A stretch of 64,000 nucleotides of DNA from Lama glama. Lineage: Eukaryota. The stretch spans positions 62,062,001-62,126,000 of the forward strand of contig CM052841.1 of NCBI GenBank assembly GCA_028534125.1, in the 5' to 3' direction. The position numbers and the translations under genes are program-made. The notes below the pieces were generated by a model. The model was given only the letters and a program-made list of their open reading frames with translations, did not search any database and had not been told where the DNA came from. Of the stretch, positions 11,901 to 24,044 are shown in pieces. The stretch's first letter is position 1; each line of letters starts with the position of its first letter.

Positions 11901-14900
11901 CCCTCACACCATTTGATAGGGGAGGAAGCTACAAGGACAAGGCTATTGGCCATGGTCACAGAGACAGTGAGTAGCTGCCAAGGTCCCACTGCAGAGCCCA
12001 GGGCAGGGACCAGCCTCTGCCTCCTCCCCATCCCCCAAGGAGCAACCCTACTCCTTACAGAGGATCCACCCAATACACCCCATCAGTGCCCTCAGTTGCC
12101 TCTTAATCACAGCCTCTGAGCCCATGGCAGTGCCCAGCTGCCCAGTATGCGGGCAAGGGCTGCTCCTGACACACGCTGATACCTCCAGCACCATGGTGGG
12201 GAGGGGCTGGACCCAAGCAGCTGGTGGTGGCCAGCACACGGTCCAGCACTATCAGCGCCCACACTGGTTCAAGGCCAAGGGGGAAAAGTCCCAGCCCTGC
12301 GCCAGTGCCAACCCATGGCAGGAAGCCCAAGGACTTAAATGCAACAGAGGCTGCTCCTGCCCACAATCTGGGGCAGGAGCCGGGCCTCACATCCACCAAG
12401 GGCCTCTGGCTTTCTCCCCTTCCCTCTCATCCCCCAACAGAGTCTGCCCTCCACCTTATGTGGGGAGCTGTCTTCTGCCTCCCAGTGTGGGTCCCAGAGC
12501 TGGCTGTGCAGAGGCCCTTTCCCACAGGCAGAAGCCCCCCACACCCAGAGGAGCACTCCAGCTCTCACTGGCTCAGAGCCAAGCACCCAAGACCAGGCAG
12601 GTTTAAGACAACAGGGGCAAGGAAGTAAACAGACCCCACTGGGGACCCTAAGCTCCAGCGTGAGGCCCAGCTCCTCAGGCACTAGGTGTGCTCCTCACCT
12701 GCTCCCACCCCTCCGGCAGTATCCTCTCCCCACAGCACCCCTAGGATCATGAGACAGAGACGGCACCCCAGTCAGTTCTGGCCCACAGGGAAGTTCCAGC
12801 TGCCACGGAGGGGCAACCAAGGTGCGCCATCCAGCCCACCGCCCTGACTCAGCCAGGGACGGGAGGACGGACGACAGCGTGCACAAGGCCTCTACCAAGT
12901 GCCCCGAGCCTAGCTGGATGTCTGACAGGCATTACCTCACTGCGTCCTCCAACAAAACGGCGAGGCAGGCACCAGCAGCCCCACTTGGTAGAGGGGGCCG
13001 CTGAGGCTTAGGGTCTAAGTACCTTGCCCAAGGTTATACGGGCAACAAGAGGCAGAGAAGGATGAAAATGTCCTCCTGTGAGGGGCAAGGCACCAGCCTG
13101 ACCAAACAGGCAGCAAGTCCTCCACTGGGGCTTCTTCCTCCCAACTGCGGGCTGGCCCTTCCCAGTCGACATCTGGGCAGCGTGGGGGCGGGTGGTTCCA
13201 GGCTCGCATCTGAGAGCTGTTCCAAGCCCAGGGCACCAAAAAGAGGCTCAGAGACCAAGGGTTTGCAACAACAGCAGACATCAAGGCCGGGCACAGGCTA
13301 AGCAGCTTCAGGCCTCACCAAGGCCACCAATGAATGGCACAGTGTGACCTCATGGAGAGCCAGAAGGTCCAGGGATGACAGACCTCAGGTCATGGAGCAT
13401 ATCTGGGGCTCTAAGAGCAGGTCTGGTATCCCCAGAACCCAAAATGTGGCAGGCAAGGTAAAGAATGAAGAGAGACACTCCTCGCTCTCACCCCACACTA
13501 GTTCCAGGTCTCCTTCTAAGCAAATCTGATGTCTCTCCCCTGCTCAAACATTTCTGTGGCTGTCTGATGAGATGAGGATAAATCTATACTGGTTGCCACG
13601 AGTGTTACACTGCTCATCTCCACAGAAGGTGAGTGACTGTGGGGTCACCACATGGTGGTCACCAGAGTCCACACACCGAGTCCCCAGGCTCCTGAGGCCT
13701 GTGAGCAGACACGCTGGCAACTGTCACAAGGTCCAGGCAGAGCTTCTGAACCCCAGTCAGAACTTCCAGGTATTGAAGAAGCAGAGTTCAAAGGCACTCA
13801 GGTCCCTCAGACACACAGTGTGGTTACTGCAAAGAACCCCTGGCCAGAGTGGCTCCCAGGACAGAGCTCAGAGTGAGGCACAGGCCTCGGGGAACAGCCC
13901 TGGCTCCACAGTGCCAGATCACCTCAGGTCAGGGCTCTGCCACGGCCGGGCTGGCAGGCAGGAGGCAGGAGTTGCCAGGGTGGCACCTGCCAATAGTGTG
14001 GCCAGCTGGCAGCAAAGGCCAAGTCCAAGGAGCAGATACCAAGACCAGGCACAAGCTGGGCAGCTTCAGGCCTCACCAAGGGCACCAACAGCAGAGTGTG
14101 ACCCCGAGGGAGCCCGCAGCTGGCCTGGTGCCACAGCCAGGCTGCCGGCAAGACACTTCTCCACAAGCGCCCACCTCCTCAGGCCCCAGCCTGCGCACAG
14201 AAGGAGCTCCAGGGATCAAGATGGCTCAAGTAAACAAGGGAAGCAGGCTGCAGTCAGGGATCCACGGGCACGCAGTGGAGTCAGGAGAAGCCCAGAGCAG
14301 GCAGCCCATGGAGGAGGCAGCTGCAAAACCTCTCAGGCCAAATGCTTCCAAGTGGCACTCTTGCCAGATCCAGATTTTCTGATTTAAAAGAAACCCAAAG
14401 TCTGGATTTTTATGCTGTCAAAAACTCTTAGAGCACTGTATAGGGCAACAAAACTCCAGCCACATCTGGCCACTGTGTGCTCTCTGAACTTCCATCTTCC
14501 AGCACCTACTGAGTGCAAGGTGTGGTGCCAGGCTACACTACTAGTCAGGCCAGGCCCCCTTGAGTCTTCTCCACCCAGCAGCCAAAAGCCATCATCCTAA
14601 TCGGCAAACCAGGTGCACTGCTCCCCAACCCCTTGGCTGAACCCCCAAAGCCAGGAAGGGTCCAGCCCAGCCATCTCCATATTCATCTACTCCAGCCCCT
14701 TGCTCCTACTCTCCACACCCCAACCACGCCAGCCCCTTGCCTAGACCACCGACCAAGTGCATTCCAGTCAGGGGGCTATACCAAAAAGGCTCCCAACCTC
14801 TCTCCAGTCCAATCCCCTTCGCCCCTCAAGTCTCCTGTGAAGGGTCACCTCCTTGGTGAAGCCCTCCGCATCACAGAGATGTGCCCCGTCATGAGAGCAT

Positions 14901-16574
14901 GCGTTCCATGAGGGCAAGGACCATCCAGCCTGGGGCAGGGGCCCACCTGAAATCTGTCAAACAAATGGACAGACGACTGGATGGAAATGCCTCCTCAGTC
15001 GGTCCTGGGGAGGACCCGTCCTAGATCTGCCTGGCTCTGATGTCTCCGTGATGCCCTCAGGAACACTGTCCCCAGCATGGGGAGCTCCATGGGAGAAGGG
15101 CTGTCTGGTCCCAGTCACCTCTGAAAGCCCAGCACAAGCAGGGTGCTCGGTAAATGTGGAACAGGGCCACGTGCCTGCTAGCCTCCTCCTCCCTCTTTGG
15201 CTCTCAGGCTCCAGGGCTCCTGCTCTATGAAGGGAAGTGGGTGCCCTGCTGCCTCAGGTCCCACTGCACCTCCATATCCCTGGCCTCCTTGGGCCCAAGA
15301 GACAGAACCGTGAGTTCATCTCCACACCAGCTCTCCCCCCACATTAAGATGTGCGTGAGAGCATGCCCCGAAGGGTAGCAGGTTCAAGTGGCGTCTGCAG
15401 ATTTTTCCAAGGAGGGAGGGCTAGGGCCTCGGGGAAGCAGAGGACTGGCCAAGCCTGTGGTGAGTGTGCAAAGACCTGGCCTTCCTGGGCCTGAGCACAG
15501 GGCCTCCAGCTGCAGAGCTGATCTGTCCAAGGCCTTCTTCATGCCCCCCAAATCCCAAACGTCCCTCGGAGGCCTCCCATCCCAGCAGGCTCAAGGCCAG
15601 GCCCACAGAGGGAAGGCAGTACCTGCACTGTGAGCAGATGTGCCTTCTTTCAACAGGTTGCCTAAATAAAAATCTCACTAAAGAAACAACTGAGGAGTCA
15701 AAGATGCCAAAGAAGAAAGGATGGGGTTGGAGCCTCCCCACGTCATACAGTCTGCTTCTTGGACAGCCTGGCACCCAAGTCCAGAGCAGTAAGGGCCCCT
15801 GGAGGGGTCCTCTTCTCTTTCTGGCCCAGTCTGCCCCTTCATGCAAAGAGGGGTACTAAAGCACAGTGGACAGAGGTCAGGGCCAACCAAAGTCCACCCA
15901 GCTATGCCATTAGCTCCTCCTATGAAGTGACCCTAAACAAGTGACTTTTCTGCCCGCAGCTTCAGTTTCCCCATCTACTGGTCAAGGAGGCATGCTCTGC
16001 CTGTCTCCTCCAGAGAGGACTTGCTGTAAGGTAAATCAATGCCTCCCGCCCGCTCCCTCCCACCACTAGCCACGTGCATGAGGCAGGCCACAGGACCAGT
16101 GCCAGCTGGGCACAGAGACCTCTCAGAATGTTTGGGATTCCTCCTGCCTGAAAGACAGATTGGCTCAAGGCTGGAAGTCTGCGCCCAGCCTGCCCTGGGG
16201 AGACCACAGCCTAGCCCCACTGCTTCCCAACTCACCAGACTTGGCTGGGACCTCTGCATCACTCCCGGGACCCCTGGGAAAGCATCCCAGATGCCATCTG
16301 CTTGGAAGGTCTGTGGGCAGGGACTTGGCAAAAGCCCATTGTGCCCTAGTGCCAGCCCGTGCCTGGCTCCAAGTCCACAGCAGTGACTTCAGCCCCATCC
16401 CCTCCTATGGCCCTGAAGCCCCTTTTCCTCAGATCTCATAGGATCTAGACCAGTGCCCTGAAATGATCCAAATCTGGATTTTGTTGTACCACCGAACCCA
16501 CTAAAAGGAAACTCCCTCAAAGGTCCAGGGACATTACCTGGGGCTGTAGCTGCTGCTTCTAGCCCCCTGACAAC

Positions 16575-16780
16575 CAAGGAGCAAGACCTGCCTAAATTTA
16601 AATCACAACTCTGCATTCCCTAGCTGAGTGACATGGGTCCATCACTTTAGTTCTCTTGACCCCAGTTTCCTCATCAGCTCACAGGGTGGTTCAAAGACTC
16701 AACTGATCACACATTTAAGGCATTCGGCAGATCCCTGGCATCTAGGAGTGCACAATTAAAGGCAGTTTAAACTCTGATGA
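16575..16780 (+). mobile_element. MIR SINE
   Basis: gctgagtgacatggg...ccccagtttcctcatc core. Confidence 0.6.
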
Positions 16781-17091
16781 TAAAACAGTTATTTTCCCAA
16801 TTCCACTTCCAGTCAGGTGACCTCCCCAGACCTGGTGCCTCTCTGGATGGCAGAGAGCAATCTGCCTGGGCCACAGTATATACATTATCTACTCCCCGTC
16901 ACACATTTGCAGACGTACATCTGCAAAACACTCAGCATGGCACCTGCATATAGCACAGGCCCTCAGACACGGTAGCTGTGAGGATTATGGTTCCATAAGG
17001 AGGCCTCAGAAAGATGAGGCTGGGGAGCAGTGCAACGTACCACCTGTTCTACCTGCTCAAATTGGGTCAGGCTGGAGCTGTGTACCCAGCT

Positions 17092-17105
17092 GTTGCCATG
17101 GCACC
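17092..17105. promoter_or_regulatory. Candidate RFX X-box
   Basis: GTTGCCATGGCACC, 13/14 match to the palindrome GTTGCCATGGCAAC. Confidence 0.45.
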
Positions 17106-17944
17106 CAACACACAGGGAAACAATCCAGCAAGGAGGGTGGGTGCTGCAGAAGCCAAGCCTCACCCTGCTTTGCTCAGACACCACCCATGCTGCCACCGCC
17201 ACCACTCTCTGGGTCATGTTAGGGGTCTCCGGAGGTACGGGCAGTATGCTACTGGATCTGGGCCCAGCATCTAAGCAGGTCTTATCACCCCTGACCCCAC
17301 CCCAACTCCAAAACAATAGGGCCTTGGCTCTCTGGAGGGGTGGGCTGTGAAAAGGGGCTCCCAGGCTGCAGATCAGGGTGTGGGGGATAGGAATGGAGGA
17401 GGTGGAAACCCAGAAACCCCCATCTCCTCAGATCTTCTCTCCTCATCTCACTCAGCTTTTATCCATGATAAGGGTTGAGAAAGGCTGTTTAGGCTCAGCA
17501 GGGTTCAGGGAATCCATTACCCCTTGCCAAGAGGGAAGAAGGGGAGAGAGAGGTGAAATCCAGACGCTGTGGGCTAAGACCTGGAACTTTCCAGACTTTC
17601 CCAGATGAGGGAGCAGGTTTAGGGCAATGGAAAGCCTAACAGGCGGGGTGACAGTGGCCCCAGGGCCTGGGACGCCAAGTTATGGTTGAATACCAATTCC
17701 TCAATAGGATCCAAGATCCCGCCCCCGACCCTGAGTGCACATGTAGGCCGCCTGCTGACTCCAGCTGGCCCCACCAAGACCTAGGAGGGGGCTGGGGCCT
17801 GGGCTCCTCTGCTATAGTAACCACAGCTGCTGCAACAATTTGCCTGGGCCAGGCATGGTATATACATTATCCACTCCCCTTCACAACTCTAGGGTGGGTG
17901 TGATTTCTCCCACTTCACAGAAGCAGCTAAGGCTCAAAGCAGAA

Positions 17945-18130
17945 CAGGGTAGTGGTTAAAAGCACATCCTGAATTTGAATCCCTGCTCCGCCGTATTAAC
18001 TCAGGCAAATCACTCCCTCTGAGCCTCAGTATCCACCTCTATAAAATGGGGATAATAATTTTACAGGCCTCCCCCAACCTCCACTCCACTCCATGGCATG
18101 GTCAAGGGGTTAAGTGAGAGCTGCTAGTAA
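17945..18130 (+). mobile_element. MIR SINE
   Basis: gtagtggttaaaagcac...ctctgagcctcagtatccacctctataaaatggggataata. Confidence 0.75.
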
Positions 18131-19535
18131 AACAGAGTGTACAGTACCAATAGCTGGTTCCTGGAATCAGAGAGGTTAGGTAACTTGCCCTAGGTCACCC
18201 AGCCAGTAAGCAGCCGACCCCAGGTCCTAGCTCTGAGTACAGCCATTTCCCAGAAACCTTGGGCTGCTCTGTGGGTGGCCGCAGGATCACAGGCTTCCCA
18301 GGCAATGAGGACAGCCCCCACCCCCAAAGCAAAGGGCAGCCCTTCTCTGAATTCCTCAGATAAGCAGCTCCCAGCCTAAGAGGCCCAAGTGCACAGAAAA
18401 GGCACCCCGCCCTGTCCCACACGGGGGATTCCTAAATCTGGGTTAGGCTGTATGGCTCCTCTCCCTCCTCCCAGCAGAACATTCGACCACCAGATTTATC
18501 TAACAGGTTTCCAAAAAGGCCAAGTTCAGTTGACAACTGCCTCCTGCAAGCCACTTCCTCTCTCTGGGCCTCAGTTTCTCCATCTGTAACAGGCACCTCC
18601 ATTTCAGAATCATGAGGCAGCCTCTGCTAACTGGGCCTGCAAGGAGGCCTGAGGAGCAAAGGGACAGACCAGGAAATAGAACCAGCTGGTCCCAGGCACT
18701 GGGCCAGGCCCTCCACCGCATTCTATATGCTGAAACTTCTTCACAATTCTAACAGAGATCTGTCTTGGGCCCAGAAAGTGGCAAGCTAGGACTCAAACTC
18801 CCATCTGCCAGACTCCAAGGTAGTCTCCTGGGCAGGCCAGTACTGTGTGACCCATGGTGGGCCCAGTCAGTGGGCACAGCTTGGGAACTCAGTCGCCCTC
18901 AACAATGAGATGGGCAGCTGGACCTGCAGGACAGGGAAGAACACAAAACCCAACTTGACCAAACCCCTTTCTTTTAGAGGGCAGCAGCCTCCTTGACAAG
19001 GGCATTTGCAATGCAAAGCAGCCCAGCCTCAGCTAGAAGAGGACAGTCACTCAGAGGGGGCTGGGCAGGCCAAAATCCAGCCACCACCCTCCAGTCAGAC
19101 CAGGAGTGCCTGGGGCAGGACCTTCTCAGGTGCCAGAGAGTGCCAGGGAATCTGAGGCTGGCCCGGGCTCTAAATCATATGACAGCCCAAGTGGCCAGCT
19201 AGTTGCAAGGTGGCCTGGAACACTCCTCCTCTTCTCAGCCCTTCAGGGCACAAATCCCACTGGGCTCTTTGTGCCGAGTCTGCAAACGGGGCCTACCATG
19301 GGCTGTGTGCAAGGCCCCAAGACGGAGCTTAAAGGACAGACCACCAGTTATCTGGCTGGTCACCTGCAGACAGGGGCCCTGCACACTGCTAACTTCCTCA
19401 GGCCCAAACCTCCCAGATCACTCAGTCCAGCCTTGTGCAAACCTGCCCCAGACATAATCTCCAGGACTCTCTGGGCCCCAGGGGCAATTCCACACTCACC
19501 AAGTGGCTAGATCTCACTCATCATCCCCCTCCCCT

Positions 19536-19747
19536 NNNNNNNNNNNNNNNNNNNNNNNNNNNNNNNNNNNNNNNNNNNNNNNNNNNNNNNNNNNNNNNNN
19601 NNNNNNNNNNNNNNNNNNNNNNNNNNNNNNNNNNNNNNNNNNNNNNNNNNNNNNNNNNNNNNNNNNNNNNNNNNNNNNNNNNNNNNNNNNNNNNNNNNNN
19701 NNNNNNNNNNNNNNNNNNNNNNNNNNNNNNNNNNNNNNNNNNNNNNN
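19536..19747. other. N-run (212 nt) next to the CpG island
   Basis: Run of N. Confidence 0.99.
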
Positions 19748-20480
19748 AGGAGGGGGAGCCAGAAATCCCCAGGATTCCTTTCCCTACACCACACCCCCTC
19801 CTCAAAACACCAGAGCCGGATCCCGCCCAGATGGTGGCTGAGGCAGCAGAGCGGTGGGGAATCTGAGTCCGGAGGGTCCAAGTCTGAATGACCAGTCCAG
19901 TTCGCAAGCCGGCTGGCTTCACCCTCGGAGAGCTGGGGCTTGTAGGGGTTCGGAGTGGCCGGGGGCTTCACCGGCATGTAAACACTGGGGCATGGCCCAG
20001 GAGTCAAGGGCAGGGGTGGCGGGCGGCGCGCGAGCGGCCGCGCTGGCTGACAGCATCCCGAGCCGCGGTCTCCGGGAAGCTCACGCCCCGCGACCGCGCG
20101 CGGCGGGGACACCGGTGAGACTGAAGGCGACGGGCAGACCCGTGAGACCGAGGGCGGCCCCGCCCCCGCCCCGCAGGCGGCCGGGGGAGGTGCCCACGCC
20201 GCGCCCACGCTCCCGCACCTGGGTGCCAGGCAGCCCGCGTAGGTGAGTCCAGGGAGGCTGAAGGCACCCACAGAAGGCGGCTGGGAGCTCTGGGGGCCTC
20301 TCTGGGAGGCGCGTCAGGGACGCTCCGGGATGGGAACGTCCGGCCGCGGACCCCTCCTGGCGGCCCCAGGCCGGGCTCCAGGCAGCAGGGGCGCCGCCTC
20401 CTCCTCGGTCCTGGGTCCCGTGCGGCGGGCCCCGGCGGAGCTGAGGCGCCTTTCCGGCCGGCCGGTGGCGCCCGCCTCAC

Positions 20481-20625
20481 CCGCCGCCTCTGCCCAGCAC
20501 CACACGAGAAGCAGCGCCGCCGCCCGCGCTGCCGACGCCGCCGCCCGAGCCCCACGCTGCGCGGCGCCCCTCCGAGAATGCTGAGGCCCAGCACCGCCAC
20601 CCGCCGAGCCGCCGCCGAGCGCGGG
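20481..20625 (-). other. Probable first (5'UTR) exon of an unidentified gene; 5' end approximate
   Basis: Minus-strand donor CGG|GTGAGG (+ strand cctcac 20475-20480) just downstream of GC and CCAAT boxes; no ATG in the exon. Confidence 0.65.
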
Positions 20626-20626
20626 A

Positions 20627-20800
20627 GGGGCGGGGCGCCGGCGGCCCAGCCCGCCCACGATTGGGCTGCCTGGTGTAGCGGGCGCGGGGCAGGATTGGCG
20701 GGCGGCGGCGTGGGGCGGGACTCGCCGGAGCCGAGACTGTTCGGGGCTCTCTGATTGGTGCACCGGCTGCTTAGGCCCGCCTTCTCAGTAGGGGCGGAGC
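20627..20800 (-). promoter_or_regulatory. TATA-less proximal promoter: three CCAAT boxes and three GC boxes
   Basis: ATTGG at 20660-64, 20694-98, 20754-58; GC boxes GGGGCGGGGC 20627-36, TGGGGCGGGA 20711-20, GGGGCGGAG 20791-99. Confidence 0.75.
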
Positions 20801-21379
20801 AGAGGGAAAAGAAGAGGGGCCCCGAGAAGGCAGTGGGAGGTCGCGGGGCGGGAATCCGCGGCAGGCAGGCAAGCAAGGAGGAGGGTGCGAGCAGAAGAAA
20901 AAGGAGGAACAATGAAGAGAAAGAACCAATATGAGCACTATGGCTGAAGTGGCCCTCCAGTGTCCTCCTAGACTTGAATTCTTTGACTACCCCGGAAGGT
21001 AGCGAGTCTTATTTTTCAGAAAACACACTCAAAGAGGTGGCCGGAACTAGACTGAGCAGGTCTTTGGCTCCGAATCTCTAGTTCTCAACACTGAGGAGGA
21101 AAGTGTCTGCAAAGGCTTAGCCAAGGGGGTGAATAGAAGCAGTTCATCATGCAACCTGTGATAAAATCAGCTTCTCCCGTCCCAAACTGCTAAGTCTTTT
21201 GTTGTCAGTTAGCCTCTTACCTAATTTGGTTGGTCTCCCTGTTTGTATTAACTGTCCTGCCCAGAGACCACTTCTGGAGCCTTTTAGTTCCCAGACCATT
21301 GACATATTTTAGTTCATTCAAATGTTTGGGGGCAGTCTGCCCTGAACCAGGCTCGGAGTTAGGAGTGAGCCCGGTGGGC

Positions 21380-21990
21380 CTGCCCTCTCCAGCCTCTCCA
21401 AGCTCAAGACCAGGTGGAGAAGCAGACAGGGGCACAGACAGAGACAAATATAGTGGATGAGAACTAGTAATAGGGAACATAACAGGGAACTGGAGGAGCT
21501 TGGTGGAGGCAGGGGGTCAAGGTAGAGGTGGACTCAGAGAAGGCTTCTCTCACGAAGTTATCTAAGCTACTGCAGGATGCATACCCTGAGTTAGGCAGGG
21601 TCCAGGCAGAGGGAGCTTCAAGAGGCCTGGGCAGCCAGAGAATGCAATGCCCACAGAAAGCTGTGAGTACCTCCATGCTGCTGCATTGTGGCTGTTGGAG
21701 AAAGTCAGGGGGCAAGAGGTGGGGCTGGAAGGCCTGTAGAGGCTGGATCTTGTAGAAACTTGTAGACCAGAGTAAGGAGGGGAGCCACCCACACATTTTG
21801 AGCAGGAGTGACCCAGACAGATTTGCTTTTTCTTATAAGAAGCTTGCTCTGACTATAGGTAGTGTGGAAGAGAGAAGATGGGAAATAGGGGTGAGCAGCT
21901 TATTGTGGTAATCCAGACAAGAGATGAACCGCAGCACTGGGGGAAAACGGGTCTGAATAGCATTTGAGAAATAGTCAAACGGACTTGGGG
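21380..21990 (-). mobile_element. L2 LINE fragment
   Basis: L2-like: ttttgagcaggagtgac, ttattgtggtaatccagacaagagatg. Confidence 0.6.
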
Positions 21991-23049
21991 ATGAGTTAGG
22001 TTGGGACACTTATCTGAGGACTCAGATTTCTGATTTCTTCATGCTTCCCAGCCATAAAATGGGTGGCAACCTGAGCTTCTCTCCAGTTTGTCCCATCATT
22101 TCAAAGACATAGTTACCCAGATAGGAGAAAACTGCTAATAGCAGTTCCTAACACTATTATGTATCCCCATTTCCAGCCAGGGACGTTGAAGCCTAGGGAG
22201 TTCAAATTACTTGACTAGGGTCTTGACCCTGAGTACAGGCTCTCGAGTGCTAAGCTGGGTTGCTCACCCTGTTGGGGAGGGGGGGCCATGATTCTCCTCA
22301 CTAATCCTGGCTGGGCCTGCTCCACAGGGAAAGAGCCTGTGGCTCCCTGACTCCAGGAGGGGATTTCAAAGGAGGGAGCCGGCCAAGGATGTTCCAAGGC
22401 CTAGGTGGCTTCTCAGCTGTGACCGTGAGTAACCCCAGGCCTCTCCAACAGGAAGCAGGGTGGGTGGGCCTGGCTGTCAGACTTAGCTCAGGTTGGGTAT
22501 TTCTCTCTCTACAGCCTCTGGGCTGAGAACCCAGGAAGTTTCCCTTCCCTCATTTCCTAGATGAGTCCTGGGGAAGGGAAAGAGCTAGGTGCCAGGATAA
22601 GATGCCACATTTGGGATGAGACAAGCCTTAGTTAGAAGCCTGGCTCGGCTGTGTATTGCCAGGATGGCCTTGGTCCAGGATACTGAAGCTCAGGAGCTCC
22701 AAATAGACATGGGGTTCAGTATGGTCTGGCCGGGACCTCTTGCCCTGGAGGCAACAGAACTGGGTCTGAAATCTGGCTGACACAACACTAACCACCAGTG
22801 TCACATGAACTTTGGGTGTAGTTTTGCATGCATAGGAAGGAATCTTGAAGGATACGCCCTAAACTTGCCCATCTCTGAGCCACAGTTTCTTCACCTGTAA
22901 AATGGGAATAAGAATATCAACCTTTCCAGAATGTTGTGAGGACTTTGAGAGGCTGTGCCTGCAAAAGGCTCTGGCCTGGAGGGACTTGGGGATCTGAGTG
23001 AGTGGTCAGCAGGGGGCTCCAGGCCAGCACTTCCTCACTTCTCCAGGCC

Positions 23050-23620
23050 CCAAATTCCTAAGCACAGACTTCCCTGAAGCCCTGACTAGACATATAAGGA
23101 AACCAGTATCTAACAAGATAATTCAGGCATTGGTCTGGAGAAGGAAACCCAGGGGAATGTGAGAGAAGATAATCAGATTGGGGTTCCCGATTTAGATGGG
23201 GAGATCAAGGAAGACCTCTGTAAGGCTTTATCTCAGCTCAGACCTACATAACAAGGGGGCCACAAACACAGGAAGCTCTAGGGGCAGAGTCAGGAGCTGG
23301 CATGTTTCCGGGACTCTGTGTGCTTGGAGGGGAGTGAGTAGAGAGAGAAGAGAGGCATGGGGTCAGGCAGGAGCCCTCTCACTAGGCCTTATGGGCCTAG
23401 GAGTTTAGATTTTATTCTAAGCCCAAAATGACACCATTGAAGGATGTAAGCAGGTTCGTGACAAGGTCCAAAGTACCTTATTGAAAGTTCCTTCTGGTTG
23501 ATGTATGAAGAATGCATTGACTGTCAGCAGGCAGACAATGAGGAGGCAATTATAGCCATTCCAGCGGGAAACTGGTGGCTCAGACCAGGGTGGAGCCAAA
23601 ACAGTGGGAAGAGAGAGGGA
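23050..23620 (-). mobile_element. L2 LINE fragment
   Basis: ggagtttagattttattctaag, ccattgaaggatgtaagcagg. Confidence 0.6.
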
Positions 23621-24011
23621 ACACCTGTTGAGCAGTGATAATACTTTCTCACTTAGAACTTTTTTAATATTCTTAGGATTTTGAATTTGACTGAATACCA
23701 CTAGGTTCTCCAAGGCAGGAAGTAAGTGAGCATAAGCACTGGAATAGGAGGGAGGAAGGAGTAGAGGGGAATGGAGGGACTGAGTGGGACTGCAGCACGT
23801 AGAACAGAATCCTGGCTGGAGAAAATGGGATGGCCTTAGGCAATCCTTACCTTTATCTGGCCCTGGACTAACTCTTGTGATGCTGTTTTCTTCTCTGTCA
23901 TTACAGCGTGAGCTTCTCAGGGTCTGACACCTCATCCACGGTGTCCCCACATCCAGTTCATGGCCTGACAATGATAGAGGATGGATGCATAGATGGATTC
24001 ATGTGTGCATG

Positions 24012-24044
24012 ATGTGTGTGTGTGTGCGCGCGCGCGTATGCATG
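24012..24044. repeat. (TG)7(CG)5 alternating purine-pyrimidine tract
   Basis: atgtgtgtgtgtgtgcgcgcgcgcgtatgcatg. Confidence 0.9.

Larger units (their letters stand above)
1..20480 (-). other. Probable first intron (>20 kb) of an unidentified minus-strand gene; small non-coding exons not excluded
   Basis: Lies downstream of the minus-strand donor at 20480. No coding exon is recognisable. The + strand looks C/A-rich by eye, consistent with minus-strand transcription, and the L1 is antisense. Confidence 0.65.
19850..20870. promoter_or_regulatory. CpG island (promoter/first exon)
   Basis: Very GC-rich with dense CpG, against CpG-depleted flanks. Confidence 0.95.

Noticed and set aside
13572-14387. 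271-aa plus-strand ORF
   Set aside because: No recognisable domain, overlapping open frames, GC-rich intronic composition, antisense to the inferred gene
20481-20625. Naming the host gene
   Set aside because: No coding sequence in the window and I do not recognise the exon; any symbol would be a guess
20655-20715. Possible ER-stress elements (CCACG adjacent to ATTGG)
   Set aside because: Order and spacing match neither ERSE (CCAAT-N9-CCACG) nor ERSE-II (ATTGG-N-CCACG)
20004-20912. 302-aa and other ORFs across the CpG island
   Set aside because: Arg/Pro/Ala/Gly-rich products expected from stop-poor GC-rich DNA; they cross the promoter and the splice donor
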